A stretch of DNA of 26,512 bases, taken from a virus. Its lineage: Duplodnaviria; Caudoviricetes. Position numbers and translations under genes: made by a program. The stretch lies in the IMG/VR virus record IMGVR_UViG_3300046788_000343, positions 1 to 26,512 of that record; one strand, written 5' to 3'. Below, in pieces: positions 23,437 through 26,512 of this stretch. Numbering within the stretch: the first letter of the stretch is position 1; each line of letters begins with the position of its first letter. The notes beneath the pieces are model-generated. The model did not search any database and had not been told where the DNA came from. It was given only the letters and a program-made list of their open reading frames with translations.

Positions 23437-24041
23437 CCTATTCTCATATTAAACCGGACGCAGGCCCAAGTCCTGCTTTGGATGCATCAACGATACAAAC
23501 GAATTTTTCCCAATTTGCAACTATTTTTGCCGTAAATCACACTCTAATAAATGATGCTAGTCAAGGAGAGCATGAAGGAATGGTATTTCAGCTCCAAAGT
23601 GCTGACCCTGGAGTTACGCAAGATTTAGCGGTTCTTTACTGCAAAAACGCCACCTCTAAGTCGGGAACCCAACCACAACTTTTTGTTCAAATTCCAAAAT
23701 TCCTTCCCAATCAAAACGATACAACTCAAGCGGAAAATACTGGCATGCAGCTGACATACAATTCAGTGAATACTGCAGGACCAGTTTATCAAAGCTTTCT
23801 TCCTGGGGGATATCTTCTTTATTTTGGATCTACTTCTAATATTGCCGTCAACATCACATTATCTCCGGCACCTACACAAATTGTGATGGCAATAGCGACT
23901 CCTAATAATCTTACCTCAATTGGAACTCCTATTCCTTTCGACGTCTCTACACAAATTCTAAGCAATAGTACGTTCAAAATAAATTCCGCTCTTGCTTCAG
24001 GTATTTACACTTTTGGATGGATAGCCATAGCACTACAATGA
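23433..24041 (+). CDS. Putative tail/virion protein, paralog 3
   Basis: IQTNF...F.VNH...GEH...SFLPGGYLLYFG...GWIAIA; start ATG 23433 (ATGA overlap). Confidence 0.65.
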   Translation: MTYSHIKPDAGPSPALDASTIQTNFSQFATIFAVNHTLINDASQGEHEGMVFQLQSADPGVTQDLAVLYCKNATSKSGTQPQLFVQIPKFLPNQNDTTQAENTGMQLTYNSVNTAGPVYQSFLPGGYLLYFGSTSNIAVNITLSPAPTQIVMAIATPNNLTSIGTPIPFDVSTQILSNSTFKINSALASGIYTFGWIAIALQ

Positions 24042-26512
24042 CAACACAAAATTTTATGATCGGCCCGATAAAAGACGGTTTGCGTAAAGATACGAGACCA
24101 TATGCTATTCCCGAAGATGCATTTGATACGATGACGAACGCTTATCAATTTAGAGGTCGAGTTATCAAGAGATCTGCATATACTCTTTTAGGAAACTTAG
24201 CTAATGGTACGCCATGCATGGGTTTAAGAACACAGGAGGGTTTCAATGTCGACGTTCAAACACTTATCGCTTTTGATCTTACACAGGCTTATAAATATAA
24301 TGGTGCAGCTTTTATACCTCTTTCATCAGTAATGCCAGTCACATGGAGCGGTACAGATTACCAATTCTTTTTTTCTACAAATTATGCGGGAGCGTTCTGG
24401 GCTACAAATTCTAAGCCGGGATTAAACGGATGGAACGTAAGTTTGTTCGCTGGTTCCGCTGGAGTTGGAAATGCGGCAACCGTACAAGTAACTTCTGCGG
24501 GCAATAACGTGAAGGTTGGGGACTATGTTTATTTTATCAATCTTTCCGCCGCTGTCGCTGCAAATGCCGCTGTTTTAGCTATCGTTACAGTTGCAGGAAA
24601 TCCATTTACAGTACAAGCAGTTAATCAGCCCTCGACATCGACATTTACCTGGACGAACGGTCCAACACTTACTGGCATGGTTTTAGATTCCATGCAAACA
24701 GTCGCCGGGAAAGACGGAATACGTTATTATGGAGCGTTGACAAATGGTACAGGCTGGGCTAATTATAATCCTCCTATCGATCCTAATAATGCTTTGGCAG
24801 GAGCCTTATTGATTTTTCCTTATCGTGGATATCTTGTATTTTTGAATACAACAGAGGGAAACGATGCTGGAGTATTCAATTATGGAAATAGAGCAAGATG
24901 GACGCAAATCGGAACCCCCTATTACTCTTTCCCTGTTCCTTCTACTCCAAGCCCGCAAGGAGTCGATGTAAAAACCGCCAGGGACGATTTATTTGGTCGA
25001 GGCGGGGCTAATGATGCCCCTACCAACGAAGTTATCGTAGCGGCCAGTTTTATTCGAGATATCCTAGTTGTCTATTTCGAGCGTAGCACATGGCGACTTA
25101 GATTCGTCAATAACGCCCAGAATCCTTTCGTTTGGGAAAGAGTGAATGTTGAGTTGGGCAGTGATTGCACCTTCAGCACAATTCCTTTTGATAAAGGAGT
25201 GATGGCGATAGGAAATAGAGGTATTGTCATCAGCGACGGTAACGATACCAAAAGATTTGATGAAAAAATCCCTGACACGATTTTTGAGATTAGGCAGAAG
25301 AATAACGGATTTAATCGCGTTCAAGGAATAAGAACGTTCGAAACTAAATTGAATTATTGGACCTATCCCAGTGATGATAATCCTAATGGTGTTTATCCCG
25401 ACAAAGTTTTGGTGTTCAATTATGACACACAGAATTGGAGCTTTTTCGATGATTGCTTCACCTGTTTTGGATATTATTACCCAATATTAAGCGGTGTTGG
25501 ATACACATGGGCCGATTTGACAAGATCATGGTCCTCTTATACAGATGTTACCTGGGACGGTGGAATCTCGCAATCTGGTGAAGAACTTATCATTGCCGGA
25601 AATCAGCAAGGATTTGTTTTTATCTTAGAACAAGGGCAAGGGCAAAACGCTCCTTCTCTCAACATTTCGGCAATTACAACGGCAAATCCAGGTGTTTTTA
25701 CAAGTACAAATAATAACCTCCCAGATGGAACATGGATATCATTAACCGGAGTGACTGGGACGACTTCAGCCGATGGGGTATCGCTTAACGGCAGAAATTT
25801 TAAACTTTCCAATCCCACGCTAAATGCGAATACTTTCACTCTGAATGAATTCACATCTATCGATGGGGGAGCAGCCGTTGGAACTTCTTATCAATATACT
25901 GACAATTATCAAAATATCCTTCCCGGCTCAGTGCAGATTAACGTTGGCTCTTTAGTTTTTAAAGACACAAATCTAGACGGAATCCTTTATGAAGCATCTA
26001 GCCTTGGCACAGGAACGATTAACTACTCTACTGGATTAATCAATTTGACTTTCTCTCCGGCTATTTTATCTACTGAAGTTTATATCAGAGCGGTTTCATT
26101 AGATCCTACTCAAGGATTATCTCCGGTGGCTACGACAACAGCATATACAGGAGGAGGGCAAATTATAAAAATCAGCGGAATCGACATTCAAACAAAATTG
26201 TTTAACTTCTTCAATGATGATCAGCGCGCACGATTAAGTAAGATAGATTTTTATGTCGACAGTACATCTAACGGGCAATTTACGTGCAATGTATTTGCAG
26301 ACAGCAGCAATTCTCCTGTAAATACTCCCCTTCTAGATAATCCTCAAAGCAATGTGGTGCTCACTTCAATCAATCCTTATCAGGTTGGTCAAGGAGATGA
26401 AACAATTTATAGATTGTATTGTGATGCAATAGCTCAGACACTCCAATTGCAATTGACTTATACCGATCAGCAAATGGCTATCAATGCATATAATTCAGCA
26501 GATATTCAGTTA
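24038..26512 (+). CDS. Large virion protein (tail tubular B / stabilization-protein-like), truncated by the window end
   Basis: Absent from the track, as expected for an ORF with no stop in the window. Starts MTTQNFMIGPIKDGLRKD...PEDAF..M.NAYQFRGRVIKR and the same frame reads open at 26512 (825 codons; both ends and spot segments translated); beta-rich. Confidence 0.75.
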   Translation, partial: MTTQNFMIGPIKDGLRKDTRPYAIPEDAFDTMTNAYQFRGRVIKRSAYTLLGNLANGTPCMGLRTQEGFNVDVQTLIAFDLTQAYKYNGAAFIPLSSVMPVTWSGTDYQFFFSTNYAGAFWATNSKPGLNGWNVSLFAGSAGVGNAATVQVTSAGNNVKVGDYVYFINLSAAVAANAAVLAIVTVAGNPFTVQAVNQPSTSTFTWTNGPTLTGMVLDSMQTVAGKDGIRYYGALTNGTGWANYNPPIDPNNALAGALLIFPYRGYLVFLNTTEGNDAGVFNYGNRARWTQIGTPYYSFPVPSTPSPQGVDVKTARDDLFGRGGANDAPTNEVIVAASFIRDILVVYFERSTWRLRFVNNAQNPFVWERVNVELGSDCTFSTIPFDKGVMAIGNRGIVISDGNDTKRFDEKIPDTIFEIRQKNNGFNRVQGIRTFETKLNYWTYPSDDNPNGVYPDKVLVFNYDTQNWSFFDDCFTCFGYYYPILSGVGYTWADLTRSWSSYTDVTWDGGISQSGEELIIAGNQQGFVFILEQGQGQNAPSLNISAITTANPGVFTSTNNNLPDGTWISLTGVTGTTSADGVSLNGRNFKLSNPTLNANTFTLNEFTSIDGGAAVGTSYQYTDNYQNILPGSVQINVGSLVFKDTNLDGILYEASSLGTGTINYSTGLINLTFSPAILSTEVYIRAVSLDPTQGLSPVATTTAYTGGGQIIKISGIDIQTKLFNFFNDDQRARLSKIDFYVDSTSNGQFTCNVFADSSNSPVNTPLLDNPQSNVVLTSINPYQVGQGDETIYRLYCDAIAQTLQLQLTYTDQQMAINAYNSADIQL

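Noticed and set aside
1-26512. Integrase, CI repressor, tRNA, lysis genes or stop-codon recoding
   Set aside because: None was recognisable in this window. TAA, TAG and TGA all terminate apparently complete genes, so recoding does not explain the capsid stops.

Overview
This window is part of a tailed dsDNA (podovirus-like) phage or prophage genome. From left to right it carries small basic proteins; a leftward recombination module (RecT/Bet, PD-(D/E)XK nuclease); a Cro-like HTH; a lambda-O-like replication initiator with internal iterons; SpoVG-like, RusA-like and DUF2829/Tad2-like genes; terminase small and large subunits; portal; a leftward accessory operon; scaffold; an N4-gp56-like major capsid protein; and virion/tail genes running off the right end. 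The morphogenesis genes are heavily invaded by self-splicing elements. (1) The capsid gene, which the ORF track sees only in part, reassembles into a 320-aa protein from five exons (15524-15631, 16342-16495, 16544-16574, 17059-17164, 17868-18431). These are separated by three complete group I introns and one 48-nt core-less 'mini-intron'. The mini-intron keeps only P1, P10, the terminal G and a helix tethering it to the next intron, which suggests it is spliced by a neighbouring ribozyme. (2) One complete intron carries a non-endonuclease membrane/coiled-coil passenger gene with its own promoter, and another carries an antisense LAGLIDADG gene. (3) The terminase contains an intein whose HNH endonuclease is encoded in a different reading frame. 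All structures and family assignments were made by eye, with no database searches.
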